Made by a program: the position numbers and the translations under genes | Part shown: positions 9,877 to 23,475 of the stretch, in pieces | Layout: each line of letters opens with the position of its first letter | Position numbering within the stretch: the stretch's first letter is position 1 | Notes under the pieces: generated by a model | Seen by the model: the letters and a program-made list of their open reading frames with translations, nothing else | What the model was told of the DNA's origin: nothing | The model's database searches: none | Assembly: GCF_000829235.1 (NCBI RefSeq) | Contig: NZ_AP012549.1 | Coordinates: 1,530,001 to 1,562,000 of the forward strand | Length of the DNA stretch: 32,000 nucleotides | Reading direction: 5' to 3' | From: a cyanobacterium endosymbiont of Epithemia turgida isolate EtSB Lake Yunoko | GTDB taxonomy: Bacteria; Cyanobacteriota; Cyanobacteriia; Cyanobacteriales; Microcystaceae

Positions 9877-10088
9877 TTTGTTGAAAGCAATCTTTATAGC
9901 TTACGACACTGAACTCTGAAAGAATTTGATTCATTAGTAGAAGGTTCATGTTGCCAGAAGATATTCCCTAATCCAGTAAGAGATTGTTATTTTATGGAGT
10001 CTATACCCTGAATAGTAATATTTACTGCGTGTTTCTTTTCGTCTATCGAAGAATAAATTGCAGAAATTATTTGAGCTAGGTTTCTTTT

Positions 10089-10154
10089 ATAGTAATTAGC
10101 TTAATTAGGCATTATTTTTTTCTTTTAATAATGCCTAATTAAGCTAATTACTAT
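10089..10154. repeat. Perfect 28-bp inverted repeat with a 10-nt T-rich loop
   Basis: atagtaattagcttaattaggcattatt-tttttctttt-aataatgcctaattaagctaattactat. Confidence 0.85.
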
Positions 10155-10501
10155 AATTTATTTCCAAATAATTTTTGCCTAAACTTATAGATATTTTTAG
10201 ACGTTAAAGTGTTTAAAAATATTTATTGATTTTTTGCCTTGATTAATTAATTATATGTATATTGTTGATCCCAAAAACTTTGTCTTAATTGAAGGTTAAA
10301 AAATCAGTCATTCTGACCTACTATTGTTCTTTTGTATCTATTAAAATATCAATTTTGACAATTACCATTTTAAATAATTTTCAGCTTCGTCGTATTTTTG
10401 CCCAGATATTACGAGAATAATAACCACGATTCCTTGCTTTGTTGAACGCAAATTCAACAAATGGAGTATCAAAACAGATATGATGTGACGACTATTTCTT
10501 G

Positions 10502-10527
10502 TTCGTGAAGGGAATTCGTGAAGGGAA
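10502..10527. repeat. 13-nt perfect tandem duplication
   Basis: ttcgtgaagggaa ttcgtgaagggaa. Confidence 0.8.
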
Positions 10528-10652
10528 TTAAAGATAAACACTTATATATGTACAATGTCACAGATGTCTCTTGATTTTTTTTAAATCAATCTCGCCAAGA
10601 CTACGTTATAGCTTGATTTAGGAAGAAAGAAAAAAATTTTTTTGAAAAAAGC

Positions 10653-10682
10653 TTGACATTTTTAAATCGACTGGTGTACATT
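10653..10682 (+). promoter_or_regulatory. Candidate sigma70-type rRNA operon promoter
   Basis: TTGACA (10653-10658), 18-nt spacer, TACATT (10677-10682). Preceded by an A/T tract resembling an UP element (aaaaaaatttttttgaaaaaa). Lies about 220 nt upstream of 16S. Confidence 0.5.
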
Positions 10683-10724
10683 GGTAAATGCGCAACTGAG
10701 AGCAACACTCTCCCCAGCGCACTG

Positions 10725-10738
10725 GACCTTGAAAAATC
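10725..10738 (+). promoter_or_regulatory. boxA-like antitermination element in the rRNA leader
   Basis: gaccttgaaaaatc resembles the ITS copy gcaccttgaaaactgc and the cyanobacterial boxA consensus. Confidence 0.45.
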
Positions 10739-10902
10739 AATAATTTAGAAGCTAACAACTGTATAGTGCCCCTTGTTATTCAAGATAATTATACATCTCA
10801 CTACTTTCCCTGTCTACTAGATAGAGAAAGCAGAGAGATAAAAGTAAAGAAAGCCGGAAAACTAACTAAGTTAGAAGATACCGGCTAAAAGTCAGATCAA
10901 AC

Positions 10903-12389
<1,487 letters not shown>

Positions 12390-12541
12390 TAGGGAGACCT
12401 CAGTTCAAGGAATAAAGCAAAAGGTATAAAACGAAAGTCTAAAACCTAGATAAAATAATGCTTTTCCTTAGAACTAATCCCAAGGTCGTGCAAGGGAAAC
12501 ATATCTGAATTAGCTTCTAAATTATGATTGGTTCAGGATAA

Positions 12542-12615
<74 letters not shown>

Positions 12616-12718
12616 CCTAACCTAATGTGTATTGAACAGAATAACACTCAAGTACCAGTTCAGCACCGAGTCTCGCTTGAACAAAGTGAGGCAGACTGCT
12701 GGGCAGTTAGAGCCTAGT

Positions 12719-12752
12719 AAAGCACCTTGAAAACTGCATAAAAACGAGAAAA
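12719..12752 (+). promoter_or_regulatory. ITS boxA plus the 5' strand of the 23S processing stem
   Basis: aaagcaccttgaaaactgcataaaaacgagaaaa is complementary to 15728-15760, with an internal mismatch loop. Confidence 0.6.
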
Positions 12753-12833
12753 CGGTCATTACTTACGTTACTAGATTGAAGCGTAAGAGAATATTGACCA
12801 AATAGAAAAGTCTAAGTAATACCATATTAAAAT

Positions 12834-15706
<2,873 letters not shown>

Positions 15707-15727
15707 TTATGTTGTCTTAAACTTTTC

Positions 15728-15760
15728 TTTTCTCGTTTTTTGCAGTCTTGAAGGTGCTTT
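15728..15760 (+). promoter_or_regulatory. 3' strand of the 23S processing stem
   Basis: ttttctcgttttttgcagtcttgaaggtgcttt pairs with 12719-12752. Confidence 0.6.
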
Positions 15761-15774
15761 TTAGCCATTTGACT

Positions 15775-15893
15775 TCCTGGTGTCTCTAGCGCCGTGGACC
15801 CACTGCGATTCCATCCCGAACTCGCTTGTGAAACGCGGCAGCGGCCAAGATACTTGTGGGGTAGCCCACCGGGACAATAGCTCGATGCCAGGA
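15775..15893 (+). rRNA. rrf: 5S ribosomal RNA
   Basis: 119 nt from tcctggtgtctctagcgccgtggacc to gatgccagga. The terminal helix is complementary. Confidence 0.95.
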
Positions 15894-15906
15894 TTTGTTT
15901 TTTAAC

Positions 15907-15946
15907 AATAGCTTGCTTTCCTTGATGGGAGCAAGCTATTTGTTTT
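15907..15946 (+). terminator. Rho-independent terminator of the rRNA operon
   Basis: aatagcttgct-(12-nt loop)-agcaagctatt, an 11-bp perfect stem followed by tgtttt. Confidence 0.8.
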
Positions 15947-16000
15947 ATATTTAAAATTATAAGTTTATAACCTCAATAATGTTGTTCATTTTCTAAACAA

Positions 16001-16639
16001 TCAAGTAAAAAAGAAGGAAAGAAGGGTCTTGGCTATTATTCCTAGTAGTAGTTGAGGAGGATTAACAAAGTTTTCCTCTGTAAGCGTAATTGAGGAACTT
16101 TACTAGGGACGTAATGATGAACAGTTTCTAATAATTTAAGAGTAATTTGTTCTGAAATTAACCTTATCGATACATTTACATATTTGAGGGTTTCCATCTC
16201 AGTAAAACTTAATGGTCCGACATTAGTATGGGGTAAAAATCCTAGAGATAAAGCTAATTGACACAGCTTATAAATTCTCTGTAACCAAAATTGTCTTTGT
16301 GGAGACTGGGGATGAATTTCTCCGCTAAGAATGAGTATTTCACAAACATTTTTTCCTTGAAAAGATTGTAAAATTTGCCAGCCATGCTTTGGGAATACTT
16401 AACCACGAAAGAGGTTAAAAAAGCTTATTCATGTCCAAGACTATGAGGTTGTAAGATAACTTCTTGAATATGACCCCATTTTCGATTTCGATGAATTCGG
16501 GTTATCGCTCCTAATGTTTTCCAGCAATCGTCAGATATTGACCAGGAGCAACTCGAAAATTGCAATAGGCACAAAGGTTAAAACATTCATGGGTAACAAC
16601 AAGAGTATAAGAGGGACTGTAGGTGATAGGATGGGGCAT
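16001..16639 (-). pseudogene. cofG: FO synthase radical-SAM subunit (cofG-like) relic with stops, frameshifts, reordered segments and a missing 3' third
   Basis: Minus-strand reading. Segment 16639-16535: MPHPITYSPSYTLVVTHECFNLCAYCNFRVAPGQY (CX3CX2C). Segment 16532-16425: DDCWKTLGAITRIHRNRKWGHIQEVILQPHSLGHE*. Segment 16408-16042, with a frameshift near 16385: SWLSIPKA / GWQILQSFQGKNVCEILILSGEIHPQSPQRQFWLQRIYKLCQLALSLGFLPHTNVGPLSFTEMETLKYVNVSIRLISEQITLKLLETVHHYVPSKVPQLRLQ. A further frame shift gives ENFVNPPQLLLGIIAKTLL. Confidence 0.7.
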
Positions 16640-17484
16640 GAGAAGGTTCTTGATCTATTTTATTGCTAGGCTTTTAGTTTACAAGTTAATTGAGAATTAA
16701 GATTAATAGCTTTGAATTTACAGACATTACTATAAAAGTTAATGATCGTTATAGTTGATGAACAAAGAGAAATTAAGATCAAAAGATAAAATATCATTTA
16801 TATTAAAGAGCTCTAATAAAAGGATTAAATCACTTATAACGAACAAAAAAGAGAGAAGTTGAATTGACTATTGGAGCAATTCGTAAAAAGCAAATTTTTT
16901 TTGCAGATATGCAAAAACAGCAATTAGAAATAAATAAAGACGATTATCTTTTGTTACAAATTACTTAGTACAAACAAATAGTTTAGTTATAAGAAAGTTT
17001 ATAAAAAAGATAATAGAAATAACAGTTAAATACTGAACTCAGGTTGGCAAATAAAATGCTAAATTTAGAAGAACCTATTATTATCTATTGTCGGAAGTGA
17101 GGTAATAATAGGTTAGTTTTTTTAAAAAATATTTAAGATATGTATATTTATATTCTATATTCTGGATTTTTTTATGCTATAAAGCAACTTTTATAAAATT
17201 TTATCGTAATTACGTTGACTAAAGTTTTAGTAAGGTTGCTATCTAGAAATCATTATTTTAAATTTTTTATTATAAATCTATTTAAGTTTACTTACCTATC
17301 ATAGATCTGCTTTTTCACTGTTTTTTATGAATTTTTATCTTAACTTATGTTAATCAACAATACAAAATATAGCACAATCTCTGAGGAGCAAAATCTCAAT
17401 AATATTCTCTACTATGAGAGACTTTTAACTGAGGTTTATAGACCGCTAAGGAAAACTGATTCAGCAGTTGAAAGAAAGAAATCT

Positions 17485-17712
17485 GTGGAAATTACACTAG
17501 GCTTAAAAATTATCGAAGTTGTCGAACAAGCGGTAATTGCTTCATATAAATGGATAAAGAAAGGCGAAAACCATTGCTGATTATGTGGCTGTTGCAGCAA
17601 TGTACGAAGGCATGAACATTATATGTGTGGTCATATCTTTATCGGAGAAAAGGAACGAAATAAAGCTCCCAGATAGAGCATGGGAGAAAAAATTGGAATC
17701 TGTACTCAAAAA
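17485..17712 (+). pseudogene. glpX: Class II fructose-1,6-/sedoheptulose-1,7-bisphosphatase (glpX-type) relic covering only the N-terminal ~75 codons
   Basis: [29 protein letters not shown] (frame of ORF 17347-17580). Then a +1 shift gives TIADYVAVAAMYEGMNII. Then back to CGHIFIGEKERNKAPR*SMGEKIGICTQ. This is collinear with the cyanobacterial FBP/SBPase N-terminus [66 protein letters not shown] as I recall it. No recognisable continuation before hemA. Confidence 0.8.
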
Positions 17713-18126
17713 AATAAGGAGTCAGGACTCACAGTTTAGTTATCTCTAGCCAATCTAAGACAGCTCGTTTTATAGATACGATACTCATTTAACAAACCTA
17801 AATCCATTAATCTTCACTAAATCGCCTCAGTTAAAATTGAAATGTGAGAAGTAATAGATTGTAATGGTAAACAGTTTTTAATTCTATCGCTTAGGAGTAG
17901 TATCCGTATAGGAGTCAGCAATAGTAAGGTTTTTGAGTATAAATTTTGGGAGCTCCCGATTCCCAAGCTTCTAGTTTCTGTTTTAAATTTTATAAGGTTT
18001 GTTTCAATAAATATTAGCTATAGTGGCTACTTAGATATAAATTATCCAAATCAAAGAGAGTAGAACTTAAATTCTTGAATTTTTCATTGCTTAACAGTGC
18101 AAGATCGAATGCTTGTAGGAGAACAC

Positions 18127-19413
18127 ATGAATATTGCCGTTGTGGGTTTAAGCCATAAAACAGCCCCTGTCGAAATCCGCGAAAAGTTGAGTATTCAAGA
18201 AGCTAAACTCGAAGAGTCCATTGTCCATTTAAGAAGCTATCTCCACATCGACGAAGTAGCGATTATTAGCACTTGCAATCGTTTAGAAATTTATGCAGTG
18301 GTTACTAATACCGAAAAAGGGGTAGTAGAAATTAACCAATTTCTATCTGAAGTGGGTCATTTATCGTTAAATTCTCTACGACGATACCTATTCATTTTGC
18401 TCCATCAGGATGCAGTACGTCATCTGCTACGAGTCTCTGCGGGTCTAGAAAGTTTAATCTTAGGAGAAGGACAAATCTTAGCCCAAGTGAAAACTACCCA
18501 CAAATTAGCCAAAAAATACAAAGGTATTGGGCGATTGCTTGATCGTCTCTTTAAGCAAGCCATAATTGCTGGCAAAAGGGTTCGCAGTGAAACCAATATC
18601 GGAACTGGTGCTGTTTCTATTAGTTCTGCCGCCGTAGAATTAGCACAAACTAAAGCCAAAGATTTTGCCAATCGTCGAGTAACAATTATTGGCGCAGGAA
18701 AAATGGCTCGTTTATTGGTGAAGCATCTTTTGGCTAAAGGAGCAACAGATATTACTGTTGTGAACCGTTCCCAACGACGTGCCCAAGATTTAGCTAATAA
18801 ATTTTCTCAAGCACCTCTTACCTTAAAGCCTCTTAATGAGACGATGCAAGTAGTGGCTGCTTCCCATATTGTTTTTACGAGTACAGGAGCCACAGAACCA
18901 ATTTTATGTAGAAAAAATCTTACCGAGGCATTAGATCCTAATCATTTTTTAATGTTGTTAGATATCTCAGTTCCTCGTAATGTAGCTGCTGATGTCCAAG
19001 ACATGGATATTATTGAATCCTACAATGTGGATGATTTAAAAGCAGTAGTGGCTCAAAATCATGAAAGCCGTCGTCAGATGGCGCAAGAAGCTGAAAGACC
19101 CCTTGAAGAAGAAATAAAAGCTTTTGAGTTGTGGTTGCGTTCTTTAGAGACAGTTCCTACCATCAATTCTCTACGAACCAAAGTAGAAAGTATTCGAGAA
19201 CAAGAATTAGAAAAAGCTCTATCTCGTTTGGGAACTGAATTTACTGAGAAACACCAAGAAGTAATTGAAGCTTTAACACGAGGAATCGTTAATAAAATTC
19301 TCCATGAACCAATGGTACAATTGCGAGCTCAACAGGATATTGAAGCTCGAAAACGTTGTCTTCAGTCTCTGCAGATGCTATTTGATCTAGAAATAGAAGA
19401 ACAGTTTAGTTAG
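18127..19413 (+). CDS. hemA: Glutamyl-tRNA reductase
   Basis: [21 protein letters not shown], catalytic-Cys motif [25 protein letters not shown] and NADPH site [11 protein letters not shown]. The preferred start is ATG 18127, preceded by aggag. The track start GTG 18097 adds 10 non-conserved residues. Confidence 0.93.
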   Translation: MNIAVVGLSHKTAPVEIREKLSIQEAKLEESIVHLRSYLHIDEVAIISTCNRLEIYAVVTNTEKGVVEINQFLSEVGHLSLNSLRRYLFILLHQDAVRHLLRVSAGLESLILGEGQILAQVKTTHKLAKKYKGIGRLLDRLFKQAIIAGKRVRSETNIGTGAVSISSAAVELAQTKAKDFANRRVTIIGAGKMARLLVKHLLAKGATDITVVNRSQRRAQDLANKFSQAPLTLKPLNETMQVVAASHIVFTSTGATEPILCRKNLTEALDPNHFLMLLDISVPRNVAADVQDMDIIESYNVDDLKAVVAQNHESRRQMAQEAERPLEEEIKAFELWLRSLETVPTINSLRTKVESIREQELEKALSRLGTEFTEKHQEVIEALTRGIVNKILHEPMVQLRAQQDIEARKRCLQSLQMLFDLEIEEQFS

Positions 19414-19438
19414 AGATTAGAATTGAGTGATTTTTAGG

Positions 19439-19473
19439 AGAGACGTTTACTGAAAACGTCTCTGTTTTATTTT
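19439..19473 (+). terminator. Rho-independent terminator of hemA
   Basis: agagacgttt-actga-aaacgtctct, a 10-bp stem followed by gttttatttt. Lies 25 nt after the stop. Confidence 0.8.
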
Positions 19474-21062
19474 ACCCTAAATATTTTTTATATTTTATAA
19501 TCCGGATTATTTTAGAGTAGCTTTTTCAAAACCTATATTGTAGCTCTAAAAAACTTTCAACTCACTGATTTTCGTCCCTTAGATTATAACAAAAGAAAAA
19601 TTTTAGAAGCTTAAGAAAAATATAATTTAGCAAAATAATAAAATCAAACTTAGTTATTAAGTGACGACTTAACAGAGATTAAATCCTGATTCATCATTTT
19701 TTCTGTCGATGAATAATTATGCAAACTGTCGATACAATAAATCTAATTTTAATAAATAATCAATTTTATCCCATTACTGAGAATCTAATTTAATTAGCTC
19801 TATCTTTTTTTAAAAAAATAATGGTTTATATTTACTGAACTTAAATAAATTTATGTTCTTCTAAGACTTTATAAAAATTCTGAAACCAAAAACGACTAGC
19901 TAATTAAACTTCTTTTATTTATATATAAGACAATTATTTTTTTAAAACCTTGTTCTATTTTAAGCTTATTTATTTATATAGATAACTGCATCAAATAAAA
20001 GCTTATAAAATTGCTCAAATAATATTTTGACATAAATAAAATTTTGCCCAAAGAGGTTATCACAAAAAATATAAATTAAAACACAACAAATTACACTCTA
20101 ATTGCTTAAATATAGAAATATAAAATAATTTGTTATTATTTGTTCAGAAAAACGTTGTAGAAGGAGACTACACCGTTGAAAAAATTTAATAAGTTTTTAT
20201 AGTTATTGCCTAATGAATAGTGAATTAGATAATCCCTTTAATCAATGCCACTGCACAATAGAACAAAATCGATATTTCTCGAGATTAGCTCATATCTTTA
20301 ATAGTCCGTTTTGGACGGGCATGGGGTCTCTCCTCATTTTAGGAATTAATAAAGACAAGACAAGCTAGGCTACAATTAGATAGTTAACAATATGGATGTT
20401 AATTGACAATATTTTAGAAAATAAAGTCTAGTATAAGATTAACTAGTGAATTACTATTAACAGTGTTGTTTTAAATTACATTTAAACTTTAAAATCACAA
20501 TAATAACTTCTTGGCAAAGCAATAGTACCTTGATAGATAAGTAAGTAACCTATTTTATAACGTTCATATACCAATTAGAGAAAATTACAATAAAAAGGTA
20601 TTTTGTATGCTGTCGTCTGTAATTTTTTTCTAGAATATTTTTTATGAATCACAGTAATATAAATACTCTAATTAAAATTAATTAGAGTCTATCAGTCAGT
20701 ATTTAATATATATTTTTAATCATACAAATTTTGACCAATATATTGATAATATAGACAATATATTGTTACTAGTGCAGCTTTTTAGGAAGAGAACATTTTT
20801 AGATTCAGTAGGATGTAATTTATTTTTTAATAAAAGTTCTTAAACAACTTTAAAACCTTTAAAGATATTTAAAAAAATATTTATCTGCATTATTATAAAT
20901 AATTTTTTGAAACTATGATAGGATAAACCATTTATCACCCCTTTTCTGAACTTGAACAAATTATCGCAATCTAGCCAACTCTTTTGGAGCCAAAATAAAA
21001 AATAAACAAAAGTGGATAAATACAGTTTAAAATATAGCTCGGGAAACCGTTACAAGATATCT

Positions 21063-22088
21063 ATGGATTATCGAGAAGCAGGGGTAGACATACAAATAGG
21101 ACGATCCTTCGTTGAAAAAATTCGCCAGGGAGTCGAAAGCACCTATCGTAAGGAAGTATTAGGGAGCCTTGGTGGGTTTGGGGGATACTTCGAGTTACCT
21201 CAAAACTATCGAAATCCTGTTTTAGTTTCGGGAACTGACGGTGTAGGAACTAAACTAAAAATAGCCCAAACACTGAACCAACACCGTACCATTGGTATTG
21301 ACTTAGTAGCCATGTGTGTTAATGATGTCTTAACCTGTGGTGCCGAACCTTTATTTTTTCTAGACTATTTAGCTACGGGGAAATTAAATCTACAACAACT
21401 TAGCGATGTCGTTGAGGGAATTGTTGAAGGGTGTCGTTTGAGTGATTGTACTTTATTAGGGGGAGAAACCGCGGAAATGCCAGGTTTTTACCAGGTTGGG
21501 CAATATGATGTAGCGGGGTTTTGTGTGGGAATTGTAGAAAAAAATAAGATTCTTGATGGTTCTAAAGTTAAAATTGGGGATATTGCCATCGGACTTGCCA
21601 GTAGTGGCGTACACAGTAATGGCTTTAGTCTGATTCGCAAAATAGTAGAGATCAATGGACTTGATTGGAGCGATGGACGTGAAATATTTGACGGAAAAAC
21701 CCTAGGAGAGGTTCTCTTAACCCCCACCCGACTCTATGTGAAACCAATTCTTGAAGCATTAAACTCAGGAATAGAGATTCAAGCTATGGCACATATTACA
21801 GGGGGAGGACTACCAGAAAACCTACCTCGTTGTTTAAATAAAGGGCAATCCGTCGTTATCAACCCACAAAGTTGGGATGTCTTACCAATTTTTCGTTGGA
21901 TAGCTCAATCTGTCCAAATTTCCCAGCCAAGTCTATTCTCAACGTTTAATATGGGAATCGGGTTTGTCGTGATTGTACCATCCCAACAAACTACATTAAC
22001 CCTAAATTTTTTTGAACGCCAAGGAATTCCATCCTATCAGATCGGTCAAGTTGTAGAAGGAACTGGAGAAATTATTATTAACAGCTAA
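21063..22088 (+). CDS. purM: Phosphoribosylformylglycinamidine cyclo-ligase (AIR synthetase)
   Basis: [54 protein letters not shown] and HITGGG. The preferred start is ATG 21063. The track start GTG 21012 adds 17 unconserved residues. Confidence 0.93.
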   Translation: MDYREAGVDIQIGRSFVEKIRQGVESTYRKEVLGSLGGFGGYFELPQNYRNPVLVSGTDGVGTKLKIAQTLNQHRTIGIDLVAMCVNDVLTCGAEPLFFLDYLATGKLNLQQLSDVVEGIVEGCRLSDCTLLGGETAEMPGFYQVGQYDVAGFCVGIVEKNKILDGSKVKIGDIAIGLASSGVHSNGFSLIRKIVEINGLDWSDGREIFDGKTLGEVLLTPTRLYVKPILEALNSGIEIQAMAHITGGGLPENLPRCLNKGQSVVINPQSWDVLPIFRWIAQSVQISQPSLFSTFNMGIGFVVIVPSQQTTLTLNFFERQGIPSYQIGQVVEGTGEIIINS

Positions 22089-22923
22089 TGTCAAGTCAAC
22101 TATGACTTAATCAAGTTTGATATTTTAAGCTTTTATTATTCAATTTTTTGTGGTATCAATAGATAATAAATTATTAAATATATTTCTTGATCCCAGGGTT
22201 AAAACAACTTAGTAGGTAGTACGCTCACAACTTTTTAGCAAAATTAACGGAATTCTATTAGCATGAAAACACTGGTTTTCTTCAGCTTGTCTTTTGAATA
22301 ACTAGTAGAAAGATTTACTTTAAGGACAATTTAGAGTACAGTAAAAAGCCATTCATTATAGTTGATAGTAGGTATTTTTAGTAAATTAGTAAAATCGAAT
22401 TATTTTTTTGTCTAAACTACGTTAGATTTAGAGATATTTTATAAATTTTAAGCTTTTGCTAAGTTTTTACCTTAATTAATATAACTAGAATAAAGACTTA
22501 AATTTGTAATCATGATCTAATAATCAAACAACTGTTTAAAAAATAAGATTTTTTAAACAAAGCTATAGCTGAAAGTTATCAATCTAACTGACTACATAAT
22601 CAAGAATTTTATTATTAATAATAAAAGAAAATACTTGTAATAGAGGTTGATAATAGGTTGATTATTTCTTTGATCTTTATTAATTTATTTTGGTCTGATG
22701 GGTTGCCAACTTTACTAAGTTGGCTCAGTCATAAATAGATTTTTGATTTCTAATTAGCCTATCGTCTGTGTCTTCTTACTTTTTCTTAGTGTCTCTTCGC
22801 TCATGAAGTTAAAGTATTTAGGCGGGTTGTTGTAAGTATTATTCCGTTATGTAAACTTAACCCTCTCTACAAAAATAAATTACTTTAAGCTTCTGAGTCC
22901 TTTGCTATTTAGCTAATAAATGG

Positions 22924-22977
22924 GGTGAGGATGTCAACCAATACTTCAAATTAACAGTATTGGTTGATATCCTCACC
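22924..22977. repeat. 22-bp inverted repeat (one G-T/G-U position) with a 10-nt loop
   Basis: ggtgaggatgtcaaccaatact-tcaaattaac-agtattggttgatatcctcacc. Lies in a 1.39-kb gene-free spacer. Confidence 0.8.
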
Positions 22978-23475
22978 GCCAGACTTCATAAATAAGTACT
23001 TATATATTTGTTTTTTACTTCAACATCTCTGTGGCTATTATCGTCCTTAAGACCTGGTATTAAAAAAATATGAACCAGTCTAAGAAGTCATTAGACGCCT
23101 CCCATATGTTCTACTGAGCCATGATAGGTTACTTAAACCAGGGTTAAGAACAGATTATTGGAGAGTATGTCTAGTTTTAATCATAACTAGATGGGGATAT
23201 CGTTGAATTTTATGTTGAAGGCAGTGAAGTTATGCTAGCTTGCTCGCATTTGGATTTAATTTTCCAACAGATATATTTTAGTAAATACAATATTGCAGTC
23301 CATTAATTTTTTTTACGCTTTAGACAATTAGTACAAATTAAGAAATGCTCCTTAACACAAAGAGTGATTAGTAAAGAAATATAAAAATTTTAAAACCAAG
23401 TTAGAAGTCAACAAGTGTTAACCCCTATCAGTAACTATTAAATTCACTATTAACTTTCAACTATTTTTATTTAAT

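Noticed and set aside
10381-10491. A minus-strand 36-codon open stretch, SSHHICFDTPFVEFAFNKARNRGYYSRNIWAKIRRS*, which looks protein-like.
   Set aside because: I could not assign it to any family. It is too short to distinguish from chance, and I kept it only as a possible relic to test by TBLASTX.
12616-12833. A possible second spacer tRNA (tRNA-Ala) between tRNA-Ile and 23S.
   Set aside because: No cloverleaf, T-loop (ggttcga/a) or acceptor pairing could be found. The ITS appears to carry tRNA-Ile only, which is a known ordinary variant.
17347-17580. The 77-aa ORF taken as an intact small gene.
   Set aside because: Only its last ~30 codons are meaningful, as the GlpX N-terminus. The first 46 codons are upstream read-in, and homology continues in other frames after its stop. 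I called it a pseudogene fragment.
18097-18126. N-terminal extensions implied by the ORF track for hemA (GTG 18097), purM (GTG 21012), hrcA (25984) and sepF (TTG 6563).
   Set aside because: The conserved protein N-termini begin at internal ATGs (18127, 21063, 26038, 6557). The extensions are AT-driven and unconserved.
18420-18671. An 83-aa ORF antisense to hemA.
   Set aside because: It is a shadow ORF inside hemA.
21488-21727. A 79-aa ORF antisense to purM.
   Set aside because: It is a shadow ORF inside purM.
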